A stretch of DNA of 64,000 nt from an uncultured delta proteobacterium (lineage in GTDB: Bacteria; Desulfobacterota; Syntrophobacteria; BM002). Below the pieces are notes generated by a model, which saw nothing but the letters and a program-made list of their open reading frames with translations, made no database searches and was not told the origin of the DNA. A program made the position numbers and the translations under genes. Location: contig CAVQGX010000003.1 of NCBI GenBank assembly GCA_963712115.1, positions 32,001 to 96,000 on the forward strand. The letters are read 5' to 3'. Within the stretch, counting starts at the first letter, position 1. Each line of letters begins with the position of its first letter. Positions 38,241 through 48,496 of the stretch are shown here, one piece after another.

Positions 38241-39110
38241 ATGAAGCTCTTCCGACTGCCTATCATCTTCTCTTTGCTTATCCTTTTTTCTCTACCCATG
38301 GTTCTTTGCAGCCATGCTCCCGTAAATGATCGAATCCTTCGGGTAGCTGACGGCCAGATATTATCCCTGGCGGATATAGTCAAAGATCTCACCGAATCCC
38401 CTCTGGTTTTCGTGGGTGAGTTGCATACCGCTCAAAGCCACCACCGTGCTCAATTGGAGACAATTCGCGCTCTGAAAAAGGCCAATGCTCCCGTGGCCAT
38501 TGGCCTGGAGATGTTTAGGCGGGACAGCCAGTCAGATCTCGACCTCTGGGTCAATGGGGAGTTGGCCGACAAAGAATTTGAGGAGATCTACTACAAAAAC
38601 TGGAATTATCCCTACCCCTTGTACAAAGACATATTCCTTTATGCCAGAGAGCATAAGATCCCCATGGTTGGGCTCAACGTATCACCCGAGGTAACCAAAC
38701 AGGTTGCCCGTGAGGGCTTCGATTCTCTCACCCCGAAACAACGTGGCGACCTGCCCATGGTGACCTGCCGGGTGGACCCCGAATATTTGGCCTTCATCCG
38801 GCGGTCCCTTGCCATGCATGGCCACGGCGGTATGGATTTTACTAGATTTTGTGAGGCTCAGTTGGTCTGGGATACGGCCATGGCCTGGAGTCTTCTGCAG
38901 TATTTGGAAACTAACCCGAAATCCACCGTGGTAGTCGTAGCCGGCAGCGGCCATTCGTGGAAAAAAGGGATTCCGGCACAAATTCGCAGCAGATCTGAAC
39001 TGCCATTTCGAGTAATCCTTCCTGAGGTAACCGGCAGAGTAGACAAAGAAAATATTGCACTGAATGAAGCCGACTATGTGTGGTTGGAGCTGAAAAATAG
39101 GAGCCAGTAA
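38241..39110 (+). CDS. ChaN (haem-binding uptake, Tiki/EreA superfamily) protein
   Basis: VFVGE.H...HH..Q, LEMF, AQ..WD..MA, AGSGH. Confidence 0.85.
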   Translation: MKLFRLPIIFSLLILFSLPMVLCSHAPVNDRILRVADGQILSLADIVKDLTESPLVFVGELHTAQSHHRAQLETIRALKKANAPVAIGLEMFRRDSQSDLDLWVNGELADKEFEEIYYKNWNYPYPLYKDIFLYAREHKIPMVGLNVSPEVTKQVAREGFDSLTPKQRGDLPMVTCRVDPEYLAFIRRSLAMHGHGGMDFTRFCEAQLVWDTAMAWSLLQYLETNPKSTVVVVAGSGHSWKKGIPAQIRSRSELPFRVILPEVTGRVDKENIALNEADYVWLELKNRSQ

Positions 39111-39338
39111 GGCATGGAGTAAAGCGAGAAGTGATGTCGGGCGAGACGAGCGAGACGGGATCAGAGGTCAGGGAATCCTATGCACTACACGCTGAAGAGT
39201 GAAGGGTCGGACTCGAAAAGGAATAATCCAAGAGGCAAGAATACAAAGAGTGATCTTCTCTTCTGGCTACTGTCTCCTGGCTCCTAACTCCTTGTTTTTT
39301 GCACTATGCCTGCCGCATTCTAAAATCTGGAATCAGTA

Positions 39339-40028
39339 ATGCCCAAATTCGTTTTGTTCGACATCGATGGTACCCTCGTTAGCTTGGACGGTGCTGGTAG
39401 TCGGTCTTTGAACCGGGCCATGGAAGATCTGCTCGGTATCCCGAATGGATTCCGCGAAATAAACTTTGCGGGAAAAACCGATTTACAGATTATTCGTGAA
39501 GGTTTGCAAAAATTTGATCTGCTGGATCGGGATGACTTACTCCATTCCCTCCTCGACCGCTATTTAGGTTATCTGCATACTGAGGTGGCTACCGGCAGGG
39601 GGCACGTAAAAGATGGGGTAAAAGAACTCCTCTTCAATCTCCAAGACTTAAGGGGTGTCTACCTTGGACTACTTACGGGAAACGTTGAGGCTGGGGCTAG
39701 GCTAAAGTTGAATACTTTCGGCCTTAACCGGTTCTTCCCTGTGGGTGCCTTCGGAGACGACAGCGAAGATAGAAATCTTCTTTTGCCCTTTGCAGTTAAA
39801 AGACTCCTGGAGGCGGAATCAATCGAGGTCAACTATGAGCATTGTGTGGTCATCGGGGATACCCCGAGTGATGTTGAGTGTGCCCAGGTCCACAGAGCCT
39901 CTTCTATTGCGGTGGCCACCGGCACTTACTCCCTGGAGCAACTAAAGAAGACCACCGCTGACCTTGTTCTCTCCGACCTTTCCAACACAGAGCAGATTTT
40001 AGAATGGATCTGCCGCAGAGAACGCTAA
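39339..40028 (+). CDS. HAD family hydrolase (phosphoglycolate phosphatase-like)
   Basis: LFDIDGTL, LLTGN, IGDTP.D, VATG. Confidence 0.9.
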   Translation: MPKFVLFDIDGTLVSLDGAGSRSLNRAMEDLLGIPNGFREINFAGKTDLQIIREGLQKFDLLDRDDLLHSLLDRYLGYLHTEVATGRGHVKDGVKELLFNLQDLRGVYLGLLTGNVEAGARLKLNTFGLNRFFPVGAFGDDSEDRNLLLPFAVKRLLEAESIEVNYEHCVVIGDTPSDVECAQVHRASSIAVATGTYSLEQLKKTTADLVLSDLSNTEQILEWICRRER

Positions 40029-40050
40029 CACAGGAATGGGCTAGGTCTTT

Positions 40051-40470
40051 TCAAAGCTCATATCTTCCTTCCAATTCGAGAATGAACTCGCCTCGTCTCT
40101 TTGCTGGTGTGATCTTGAAAGTGCCCTCTCCTTTGATGTTAGCTAGGATGCCAATACCGTTGTAGGTTTCCCATGTTCCTGCGCTAATTTTGGTAGTGCC
40201 GTCTCGGTGGCCTTCAAAGCAGCTCTGTACTGCACCGTGCTTGAAAGTGGCCTGGACGTAACCTTGCATGGGACCAGAGCCCTTAATCCGGTCATGAAAT
40301 GTGACACTGCGGCGGGAGACAAACTCACCAGCCACCCCCGGGGTGAGTTCTATGGGTTCCCCCTCCATTTCGGTCAGGGTCAGAGTGTGGCCGGGCTTGT
40401 CGTGAACCTGGAGCGATGCTATTTTAGTAACCCGTAGCAGGTATTTGTCCTTGCGTGTCTTCTCTTCCAT
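40051..40470 (-). CDS. Hypothetical beta-rich protein, paralog of 41559-41978
   Basis: Shares 'VHD.PGHTLTLTEMEGEPIE', 'RRSVTFHDR.KG.GPMQGYV' with the paralog. Confidence 0.75.
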   Translation of the reverse strand: MEEKTRKDKYLLRVTKIASLQVHDKPGHTLTLTEMEGEPIELTPGVAGEFVSRRSVTFHDRIKGSGPMQGYVQATFKHGAVQSCFEGHRDGTTKISAGTWETYNGIGILANIKGEGTFKITPAKRRGEFILELEGRYEL

Positions 40471-40550
40471 ACCCTTCTCCTTCCCTTGCGTCATCCTTGA
40501 GCTTGTCGCAGTTGAACTGAAAGCTAAGAATTCCCTTTTTAAAGGCTGGC

Positions 40551-41486
40551 TTAGTTCACTAGTACTATCGTACAATCGCGAGCACTACGGAGGATCTTCG
40601 AGGCGCGGCTTCCCAGATCAACTTGGCTGCTGCCAGAGCCACGCCTTCCGAGGGCCACTATGTTGTAGCCACCCCGCTCTGCTTCGGCGAGGATGTCCCG
40701 GGCGGTGCCGCTCCTGCGAGTTTGCATCTTTGTGCTGATTCGCTCTTCGGCAACGCCTGCTTTGGTAAGAGCTCCCCTCGCCTTGGCAAAGATACCTCCC
40801 ATCATTTCTTCGTAGCCCCACTGCCATTTTTTCACCACCCCCCGCCGCTCCCCTCGCTCTGCCTTGTCCAAAATGTGGCCATCGTCCCAATAAGCAGGCG
40901 GTTTTGCCGGTATTACATTAAAGAAGGTAACCCGCACTTGGGGAAGCGGTCCAAGAGTCTGGGCCAGGTGGGCAGCGATCCGGTCAGCGTAGGCAGATTC
41001 ATCCACTGCCGCCAGGATGTGGGGCGGTTGGAGTGGGAGGTTGCCGATTGCCCACAGAGGCTTCACCTCCGCGTATTTATAGATATTGTGAGTAGTAGCA
41101 TCCGGAAGCAAGCGCTTAAGACCCGCAGGCTGCTTTCGGGCAAAAACGATGGCCATGATCTCTTCACTCTTGCCGGCATTAAGGATTTCCTGGACTTCAT
41201 TCATACTTTCCAGCCTTGTCTCAGTGCTGATCCGTGCCCGTTTGTAACCCATCTGCAGCAGCGCACTGACCGCTTTGTCCAAGATCTGTTGGGTCTGTCT
41301 CTTCTGCACCTCTAGCCAGTCGCCGGTCTCGGTTGAGGTTGGAGGACGGGCCGGGAGGTGACTCTCAGTCACGGCTTGAAACAGATGGAAATGGGCCTCA
41401 GTTTTAAGGAAAAGACCACCCAGTTTTTCCAGGGCTTCAAAGGTGTCCTGTGAAGCGTCAACCCCGAGGAGGAATCTTTTGGCCAT
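40551..41486 (-). CDS. Tandem universal stress protein
   Basis: Two USP domains: 'LLGVDAS', 'ILAAVDES', 'LGRRG...LGS.A.KIL'. Confidence 0.88.
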   Translation of the reverse strand: MAKRFLLGVDASQDTFEALEKLGGLFLKTEAHFHLFQAVTESHLPARPPTSTETGDWLEVQKRQTQQILDKAVSALLQMGYKRARISTETRLESMNEVQEILNAGKSEEIMAIVFARKQPAGLKRLLPDATTHNIYKYAEVKPLWAIGNLPLQPPHILAAVDESAYADRIAAHLAQTLGPLPQVRVTFFNVIPAKPPAYWDDGHILDKAERGERRGVVKKWQWGYEEMMGGIFAKARGALTKAGVAEERISTKMQTRRSGTARDILAEAERGGYNIVALGRRGSGSSQVDLGSRASKILRSARDCTIVLVN

Positions 41487-41558
41487 AACAAAGCCTCCTT
41501 ACTAGTCATATCCCGACTTCTTCAGGTAGATGGGCAACAGAACGCAGTCTTATCTGCT

Positions 41559-41978
41559 TTACGCTGCCTCATAGTCGCCCTCTAATTCGAGGATGTACTC
41601 GTTCCAGCGCTCCCCTGCAGTCACCCTGAATGTGCCCTCGCCTTTGAGGCCACCCAGTTTCCCGGTGGAGTGATAAGTCTTCCATGTGCCTGCGCTAACT
41701 TTTGTCTTGTGGTCACGCTCCCCTACGAAGCGGCTGTATGCTGATCCTTCTTGGAAATAGGCCATAACATAGCCCTGCATTGGCCCTGCCCCCTTGGTCC
41801 GGTCGTGAAAGGTCACACTTCGGCGGGTGACAAACTCGCCGGCCAAACCCGGTTCGTACTCAATGGGCTCCCCTTCCATCTCGGTTAGAGTAAGGGTGTG
41901 ACCAGGAGTGTCATGAACCTGGAGCTCTTCTACCTTGGTGAGTCGAAGTAGATACCTGTCCTTTCTTTTCATAAGCAA
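41559..41978 (-). CDS. Hypothetical beta-rich protein, paralog of 40051-40470
   Basis: High similarity to 40051-40470; RBS AAGGAG. Confidence 0.75.
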   Translation of the reverse strand: MLMKRKDRYLLRLTKVEELQVHDTPGHTLTLTEMEGEPIEYEPGLAGEFVTRRSVTFHDRTKGAGPMQGYVMAYFQEGSAYSRFVGERDHKTKVSAGTWKTYHSTGKLGGLKGEGTFRVTAGERWNEYILELEGDYEAA

Positions 41979-42713
41979 CTCCTTTCATCCATCCAATGGT
42001 GTTGGGCAGTGTCTAATGACTTCTCATCAACCCGTTGGTAGGTGATGCTGCAGAGCAGAACAGGAGGACTAGATGTGATTCAGAAGGTTTGAGAAAATCG
42101 CTTCAAAGGGAAGTGCTGGCCGGGATGGTTGACGGGCGGTCTCTTTCACTGGTGGTTCTGATCCAGATCTCGTGGTCGGCGAAATATACTGAGCTGGGCT
42201 GCACATTACGGCGCCATCACCCTGAATTCATTCGCTCCCAAATAGAACGGGGTATGTTCTATTGGGAGCTTACAAAACCCGTTTTAAATTTCATATACCC
42301 CCCCTCAATTTCACTCTCTCTATTCTAGCCAGAAAGGCAAATTTACTCAAACCATGCTACGACCAACGGCAGCCCATTGTCAAAGAGAAAAGCAGTATGA
42401 TTTGATTTCTTTTGCTCCGCAGGATAACTAGACGGCCCCTTTCCCCTCAAGAGACTGTGTGGCAATTCGTCACTTTAACTGGATTCCGCATCTCGCCCGG
42501 CGAAGTCCGCCGGCGGCGGACTCGTCCGGAATGACTGTGACTTAGCCCGACTTGCCTTTTTCTTCCCCCGTGGTTATCAAAGTACATTGAAGATTGCAGA
42601 TTTAAGATTGTAGATTTTAGATCTCTAAGTCCTATGACTCTCCCATGCTCCTTGATCAATCTGCAATCTACAATCTAGAATCATAAATCAAGGGTGGGTA
42701 TTTCGCACCGAAT

Positions 42714-43826
42714 GTGAGTATTGATTCAATGGATCGGCGTATGTTTTTAAGAAAATTTTTAGATCTGGGTAAGAAAGCAGCCTTTCTTCACGTCCTGGCT
42801 GGCTGCACTAATCTTAAGACTAGCGCTGCCCAAGGTAAAGAGGAAATAGCACCTTCACCCTTCAAAGACTACGGTTTGCGGGAACTGGCCCAAAAGAAAC
42901 TCCATCACGGCAAGGAACGATTCATCAACCCTTTTAGTACCAAGGAACACGGTAACATGTTGCGCGTTCTCCACTGGAAAATGTTCAGTGAGAACAAGTT
43001 CAAGTCTCACTATGATGAGGAGAGAGTCATTCCGGTTTCCATCGATTGGGAACCCATAAGAGATCACCGAAGTTTATCTGTCACCTTTGTTAAACATGCC
43101 AGCGTCATGATTAAAGACCAGGACCAGTACATCCTGGTAGATCCGATCTTCTCCGAAATCTTTCGATTCATCAAGGATTTTACCCCACTGGACTTCGATC
43201 TAGAGGAAATACCACGGCCGGATCACGTCTTGATAAGTCATGGTCACTATGATCATTTGGACACCCGTTCACTTTCTTCCCTGAGCGGGGACACCCATGT
43301 TGTCAGTCCCCTTGGCTATGAAGACGTTTTCGCTGATGTCAAAATGACCAATCGCACCCAGCTGGACTGGTTTTCGACTTTTGAGGACGGTAGAAGGGAA
43401 ATTACCCTCCTTCCATGCGACCACTGGACCATGCGCAACCCCATCGAGGGACCAAACACCTCTCTATGGGGGTCCTATTTATTGAAGACCGCCTCAGGGC
43501 CTACTATCTATGTGTCTGCAGATACAGCCTACTTTGACCGCTTCCGAGAAATCGGTGAGGAGTACTCCATCGACCTGGCGATAATTAATCTCGGTGCCTA
43601 CGAGCCCCGCTGGTTCATGGCAGGCAGTCACATAAATCCCATGGAGACGGTTCAGGCTTTCAAAGAACTCGGGGCCACCCGCCTGATGATCGTACATTGG
43701 GGTACTTTCCGCTTGGGTGATGAACCGGTCCACTTCCCACCGCTTGATATCAAGAGAGAGATGGAAAAGGAAGGTCTCTTGGATCGCCTGGTTTATTTAG
43801 AACATGGTGAGACGCTATTTCTTTAG
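42714..43826 (+). CDS. Tat-exported MBL-fold hydrolase (NAPE-PLD/RomA-like)
   Basis: RRMFL Tat motif; SHGHYDHLD, 'LWGSY', 'GAYEPRWFM..H', HWGTF. Confidence 0.88.
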   Translation: MSIDSMDRRMFLRKFLDLGKKAAFLHVLAGCTNLKTSAAQGKEEIAPSPFKDYGLRELAQKKLHHGKERFINPFSTKEHGNMLRVLHWKMFSENKFKSHYDEERVIPVSIDWEPIRDHRSLSVTFVKHASVMIKDQDQYILVDPIFSEIFRFIKDFTPLDFDLEEIPRPDHVLISHGHYDHLDTRSLSSLSGDTHVVSPLGYEDVFADVKMTNRTQLDWFSTFEDGRREITLLPCDHWTMRNPIEGPNTSLWGSYLLKTASGPTIYVSADTAYFDRFREIGEEYSIDLAIINLGAYEPRWFMAGSHINPMETVQAFKELGATRLMIVHWGTFRLGDEPVHFPPLDIKREMEKEGLLDRLVYLEHGETLFL

Positions 43827-43982
43827 CCTGTAAATAGCGATGATGAAAAGTACGGCTGAAAAAACAATTAATATATTCTGCAAGTCGCCTGTTCTAAAAA
43901 GGGTCGAAAGCCCGTAAAAGACCGCAGCAGCAGTCATTAAGCCCCAGAATTCCTTAGATTTTTTGCTAGCAAATAGCGCCAT
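43815..43982 (-). CDS. Small two-TM membrane protein (55 aa, below ORF-track cutoff)
   Basis: MALFASKKSKEFWGLMTAAAVFYGLSTLFRTGDLQNILIVFSAVLFIIAIYRLKK; AAGGAG upstream; Lys-rich ends. Confidence 0.55.
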   Translation of the reverse strand: MALFASKKSKEFWGLMTAAAVFYGLSTLFRTGDLQNILIVFSAVLFIIAIYRLKK

Positions 43983-44083
43983 AGTCGGCTTCCATCTCCT
44001 TGCAGATTATATTTTTTTGCATTTGGAGGAGGTCTTATATCCTTTTCAGCATGCCAATAAACCTCCTAGTTAGCGGTATGGCT

Positions 44084-44704
44084 TTAGGGTAGCAGTTTGT
44101 TCTTCTTGAGGTCTTTTACCAGGGAGTCTATCACCGAGTCCATAAGGGCGGTGTCCGACTTCGGGTTCAGCGTTCTGGATCGGGCGGACCACACTTTTTG
44201 CTCCGTTTTGGCATCGTAGAGATTTGTTTCCAACCGAACCTTTACCCGGGTGGTGTAATATTGCGGACCGGACCTGTACTCGTAGGCGGAGGAGAGATCA
44301 GGTATAGTTCCGCCGTGATAGTCGTCTGCTCGCGAGTATGTAGGCCCAGGGCTGGCCACCTCTTTTTCCTTTACAGCCAACAGATATGTCAAGAGGACAC
44401 CATCGACTCCTGTTTTTTCAACTACAGCCAGGATGGTTTCTTTATCCATTTTTTGATCCTTTGACATTACCGAAGAACTCTCCACTGCCTTAATCCCACC
44501 TGCCTCAAGCCTTTCTACAAATTTCTCTTCAAAGGAGCGTCTTATGTCCTCTTGTTCTGCCACCCCGATGACCAAGAGATGGGAGTATTGCGAACCCCGG
44601 TATTTCGGATCTGTCCAGGTGCTGGTCAGCTTGGTGCTCGAACAAGAAATTAGGAATAGACAAGTGAATGCGGCAATGGCTAAACGGTTCAGATACAGTT
44701 GCAT
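44084..44704 (-). CDS. Lipoprotein (DUF4136-like)
   Basis: Lipobox LISC; 'W.DP', 'RR.FE', 'LETNLYD'; RBS AAAGGAGG. Confidence 0.75.
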   Translation of the reverse strand: MQLYLNRLAIAAFTCLFLISCSSTKLTSTWTDPKYRGSQYSHLLVIGVAEQEDIRRSFEEKFVERLEAGGIKAVESSSVMSKDQKMDKETILAVVEKTGVDGVLLTYLLAVKEKEVASPGPTYSRADDYHGGTIPDLSSAYEYRSGPQYYTTRVKVRLETNLYDAKTEQKVWSARSRTLNPKSDTALMDSVIDSLVKDLKKNKLLP

Positions 44705-44727
44705 GAGTGAACCTCCTTTTTTCTCCA

Positions 44728-45036
44728 CTAGTTCCTTTTCTGCTCTGCCCTGCACAGAATGCCCGGACCAGGGTATCCCTGGCAGACCCAGGGTCTCACG
44801 GGGTAAATTTTGCAAATAGCTTTTTCTTTGTCATATTTGAGGAAGGGACAGGGTGTGACCCCTAAGTCCATAGGTTCGATTTCCCCAGAATATTCATTGC
44901 CCTGGAAACCGTACAAACCAAGGAAGTCATCTAAGTCCATATTCAAGTGAGCAGCAACAAGATGAACGTCTAATTCCGACCAGGGAATCCCTATCTCCTT
45001 GCAGCATTTCCCACATCTCTGACAGTTGAAATCCAT
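44728..45036 (-). CDS. YkgJ family Cys-cluster protein
   Basis: CQRCGKCC, CPFL, CKIY.VRP.VC..YP. Confidence 0.88.
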   Translation of the reverse strand: MDFNCQRCGKCCKEIGIPWSELDVHLVAAHLNMDLDDFLGLYGFQGNEYSGEIEPMDLGVTPCPFLKYDKEKAICKIYPVRPWVCQGYPGPGILCRAEQKRN

Positions 45037-45045
45037 TGAACACCA

Positions 45046-46056
45046 CTATGTCACCAGGGAAGCACGGAGTTCCTCCACCTCGGGTCTTTTCCACTCCCGC
45101 TGGCGCAGGTAGGTGGGGGGGGGCTCAAAGGGGCGAATGCAATCTTCTAGCCTCTCACCCATAATGCGAATTCCAGCCAACGAACCCTGACCCAAGCCGC
45201 CCGTTATGGCGTGGTGAAGATAGCCCACTTCCATGGGATCGAAACCCATAATTCGTGTTGCAATGCTATCAGCAGCAACGAAATCGGTGGAAGCCACGGC
45301 AAGACGGAGATCCACTGGCTTTCCCTGCGTGGGCCCCGGCCCTTCCATGGCGGTAAAACCGTCCAGAATTGCCAGGTGAACGGGGTAGGTTCTGGCGATG
45401 AGGAAGAGATTGTAATTCAAGGTGGGATAGGTTTGATGCATGGTCACCTTGTCGCTCCGAAGGATATGTTTCACTACCCAACCCATGCCGCGGGGATAGA
45501 GGGCATCCCGCGGCCGGACCCAGTGGCTCAGCCTGTGCGATAGCTTATCGAGATTTACTACACCCTGGCTTATTAGACTTCCCATAACCATGTTTTTCAA
45601 CGACAAGGTGACGATTACCGCATCGTGGGTCTTCATCGGCGTCAGGGAGATGCGACAATCGCTTTCCGCCACGGTTCGGGCAAAGCGCAGAGTCATTGGC
45701 TGCAAGTCCCTATCAACCACCTTGACCTCCACCCACTGGTCGCGGTTGAGGTCCACCAACCGCGCCCCGTAACCTTTGGCCACCTCGGCCAGCCCATATA
45801 TCTCAAACCCTTTCATTGAATCGGCATAGGCAGAGCCTTCAGCCACCACAATCTCCCTGTCTGTGCGCTGGCGGATAAATTCCAACACCGCATCGAGGGC
45901 TTCGGCATGGGTCCCAGACAGAGGTTTTGTTACCGACACCATGTTGGGTTTGACCACAATGCGTTCCCCGAAACTGATCTGATCTTCTATCAGCTCAAGA
46001 GCTTTGAGGATATTCTGCCGCCGCTCATCACCCTTTACCAAGGAAACATCCGACAC
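45046..46056 (-). CDS. DUF362 domain protein
   Basis: VKPN, AEGS, KTH, SLKN, DG..AMEG.GP, D.VA.D. Confidence 0.88.
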   Translation of the reverse strand: MSDVSLVKGDERRQNILKALELIEDQISFGERIVVKPNMVSVTKPLSGTHAEALDAVLEFIRQRTDREIVVAEGSAYADSMKGFEIYGLAEVAKGYGARLVDLNRDQWVEVKVVDRDLQPMTLRFARTVAESDCRISLTPMKTHDAVIVTLSLKNMVMGSLISQGVVNLDKLSHRLSHWVRPRDALYPRGMGWVVKHILRSDKVTMHQTYPTLNYNLFLIARTYPVHLAILDGFTAMEGPGPTQGKPVDLRLAVASTDFVAADSIATRIMGFDPMEVGYLHHAITGGLGQGSLAGIRIMGERLEDCIRPFEPPPTYLRQREWKRPEVEELRASLVT

Positions 46057-46150
46057 GATGCTATCTCCTTATCGATAGCGGATTACATGAAATTATGGGT
46101 TTATTTTATCCCTTCCCATCCTCCTTGGCCAGCTCATTAGAAAGAACATC

Positions 46151-46290
46151 TGAAATTTCAAATTCCAAGCACCAAATTACAAACAAATTCCAAATCCCAA
46201 TACTAAATGACCAAAACAGGTTTGGAATTTTGAAGCGTTGGTCATTGTGATTTGTTTGGAATTTGCGATTTGTTATTTGGATTTTTCAGT
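46151..46290. repeat. Dispersed ~130-bp hairpin repeat (copy 2)
   Basis: Similar to 13981-14109; supplies the stop codon of the HD gene. Confidence 0.75.
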
Positions 46291-46884
46291 CCCTTCAGTT
46301 GCCTTGGTCACTTCTTCCTCAGTGACCACCATCTGCCGCAGTTTGCTGTAAAGCTCATAAGCCGCCATCCCCCGGGGATGCCCCCGTGAGGCGATCGAGT
46401 CTACCCTTAGAAGCTCGAGGAGGAAGGGAAATCGGGGGTCGGTAACAAACTTTTTTTGCCGCCGGGAAGCCTGCTCTGGGGCTGTCAAATTCCAGGAAAG
46501 ATGGAAAGTGTGATGACGGATCGCCCATACAATCAGCGCCTTTCGCTCTGGATTCATTTGGAGTCTTTGTAATATCCTTGTCGCTATCTCGGCTCCCACG
46601 GCATGGTGACCGTGAGCCGTTATTCTCTCACCGTCGTCTTTTGTTGTTAGAGGTTTGCCCACGTCATGAAGAAGGGAGGCCCAGAGGAGATCGGGCTCGC
46701 AGTCTGGGGGACAAGCTTCTACTGCTAATCTGGTGTGATTGGCCACATCGCCCTCAGCGTGGTATTGAACCGGTTGCGGAGTGCAACTGAGCTCGGCAAG
46801 CTCAGGGATAGCCTGAACCACCCTGTCCCACCAACCAGGATTTCTCTGTCGCAGCTCTTTCTCTATTGGTTCAAATGGTTTCAT
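46273..46884 (-). CDS. HD domain protein (CCA-adding enzyme HD-like)
   Basis: PQ...YH.EGDV..HT, LLHDVGKP, GH...GA. Confidence 0.85.
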   Translation of the reverse strand: MKPFEPIEKELRQRNPGWWDRVVQAIPELAELSCTPQPVQYHAEGDVANHTRLAVEACPPDCEPDLLWASLLHDVGKPLTTKDDGERITAHGHHAVGAEIATRILQRLQMNPERKALIVWAIRHHTFHLSWNLTAPEQASRRQKKFVTDPRFPFLLELLRVDSIASRGHPRGMAAYELYSKLRQMVVTEEEVTKATEGTEKSK

Positions 46885-47004
46885 TCGGGCAAAGAAGGAA
46901 CCTTCACGGTTTTCTCGCCAACCCGCAAGGATTCACACATCTATGCAGTTTACCTATATGTGTAAGGAGAGTCAATTTAGTTAGGGAAGAAGTAAGGCCC
47001 AGGG

Positions 47005-48456
47005 CTAGGAATCCATCCTGCCGTGGCTGGACCGCTTGAGGGAGAGGACAAAATCATAGAACGTCCCAGTTGTAAGATAGATGACTGTTGTCTGCGGGCC
47101 AAAGGAGATTTCGTCACCATCTGACAAGTTGTATGTCACGTGTGGTGCTATGTTTGTGTCGTTGAGAAAGGTGCAGTTGGTGGACTTCAAATCCACCACA
47201 TAGGCACCCCTGTCAGAAAGTGGGAAATAGAGGAAGGCGTGTGATTTGGAAATAGTTTTGTTGTAGAGGACGATATCATTACTCGCTGCTCGACCAATGG
47301 TTACCACCCCTTCATCGCTGTCAATTTTTTTCTTATTGATCTCGATAACCCTAGCTTCCAGAAAATCTTTTATCATAAGGGCATCGGGAAGCTGATTTCG
47401 GACCCTTGGAACATCTATTTCATTTGTACTGAACTGGAAGATGACATTGTGGTCAAAATCCAGTCGAAATCTTTCCACGAAGAAACCTTTTGGATAAATC
47501 TCCGAAAACTCAGCTAATGACATCTTCTCCAGAAGGCTTAGGTAGTGGGCAAGTTTCTTGTATCTTATTTTGCCGGCAACCTCTGTTTCTCCTACCCTTT
47601 TGAACTGCTTGAAACTTCTGATGAACTGTATGCCAACACCTTCATTTTCTTCATCGACCCTGGTTATTATCCCCGGTCCCACCATTTCGACGGCGGCATA
47701 CTGCTCAGAGAAGACTGAGGGGAGAGATATTGCTACTGATACCTGGTCGTCAGGTTTGAAATTTCCCCATTCTTTGGTCTTGATGAAGGTTCCAACCTGG
47801 CTGATATTTTCTGTAACCCCCTCTATGAAAGAACCTTTTTGTCCTTTGGACAGTCTGGCAGGAAAGTGACCTGTACACCTCATGTACTCTCTGTTGTGCC
47901 TTATTTCATTGATTTCTCTACTTTTTGCGTTCTCAACAGAAAGATTGTCGTTGTGTAATCCGGGATTACCTTGTATCCTCAATGACTTAATAAAGAACTC
48001 CGCCTCATCATAGTTGCCTTGAGATTTGTGTAAGTCCGCCAAGTTGCCCAAGATCTGAGATAGTTGAGTATTCTCCTGCCCAAGGCCGTATTTTTTGATA
48101 GCCAAGGCCCGTTCAAAAAAGGACTCTGCCTGGGAGTACTTCCGCTTGGCGAGATTGAGTAGCACCAGTTTGTTTAAATATTGGGCAGTATCAGGGGATT
48201 CCGGCCAAAGCACAACGCCTTGGCGCTGAGACAATGTGTGCTCGAAAATGGCAGCTTCAGCCTCCTTGGCCTGGGAGTAGCAGATCAATGCCAAATTGTT
48301 CAAAGACTCTGCAACATTAGAGTGATCGGGGCCAAATGCTTTCTCGGCAAACTCCAGAGTTTCCTCTGCCACTTTTTCCGCTATGGCATACCAACCCTGT
48401 TGATAGAAGGCTACCACTCTAGCGGTAAGAGTATTCCATTTTTTAAGTAGTCTCAT
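47005..48456 (-). CDS. TPR + PilZ + FHA multidomain protein
   Basis: 'A.SLNNLA..Y' TPRs; 'R..MR..NISQ.G' PilZ; 'IGR..NDI...ISK.HA...DL.STN.T.LN' FHA. Confidence 0.85.
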   Translation of the reverse strand: MRLLKKWNTLTARVVAFYQQGWYAIAEKVAEETLEFAEKAFGPDHSNVAESLNNLALICYSQAKEAEAAIFEHTLSQRQGVVLWPESPDTAQYLNKLVLLNLAKRKYSQAESFFERALAIKKYGLGQENTQLSQILGNLADLHKSQGNYDEAEFFIKSLRIQGNPGLHNDNLSVENAKSREINEIRHNREYMRCTGHFPARLSKGQKGSFIEGVTENISQVGTFIKTKEWGNFKPDDQVSVAISLPSVFSEQYAAVEMVGPGIITRVDEENEGVGIQFIRSFKQFKRVGETEVAGKIRYKKLAHYLSLLEKMSLAEFSEIYPKGFFVERFRLDFDHNVIFQFSTNEIDVPRVRNQLPDALMIKDFLEARVIEINKKKIDSDEGVVTIGRAASNDIVLYNKTISKSHAFLYFPLSDRGAYVVDLKSTNCTFLNDTNIAPHVTYNLSDGDEISFGPQTTVIYLTTGTFYDFVLSLKRSSHGRMDS

Positions 48457-48496
48457 CTAACTAACCTTGCGTGTTTACTATCCCTCGCTACCCAAC

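Noticed and set aside
42420-42560. GC-rich palindromic stretch as tRNA or riboswitch
   Set aside because: No cloverleaf or known aptamer motif; looks like a REP-type palindrome (GGATTCCG...CGGAATGAC).
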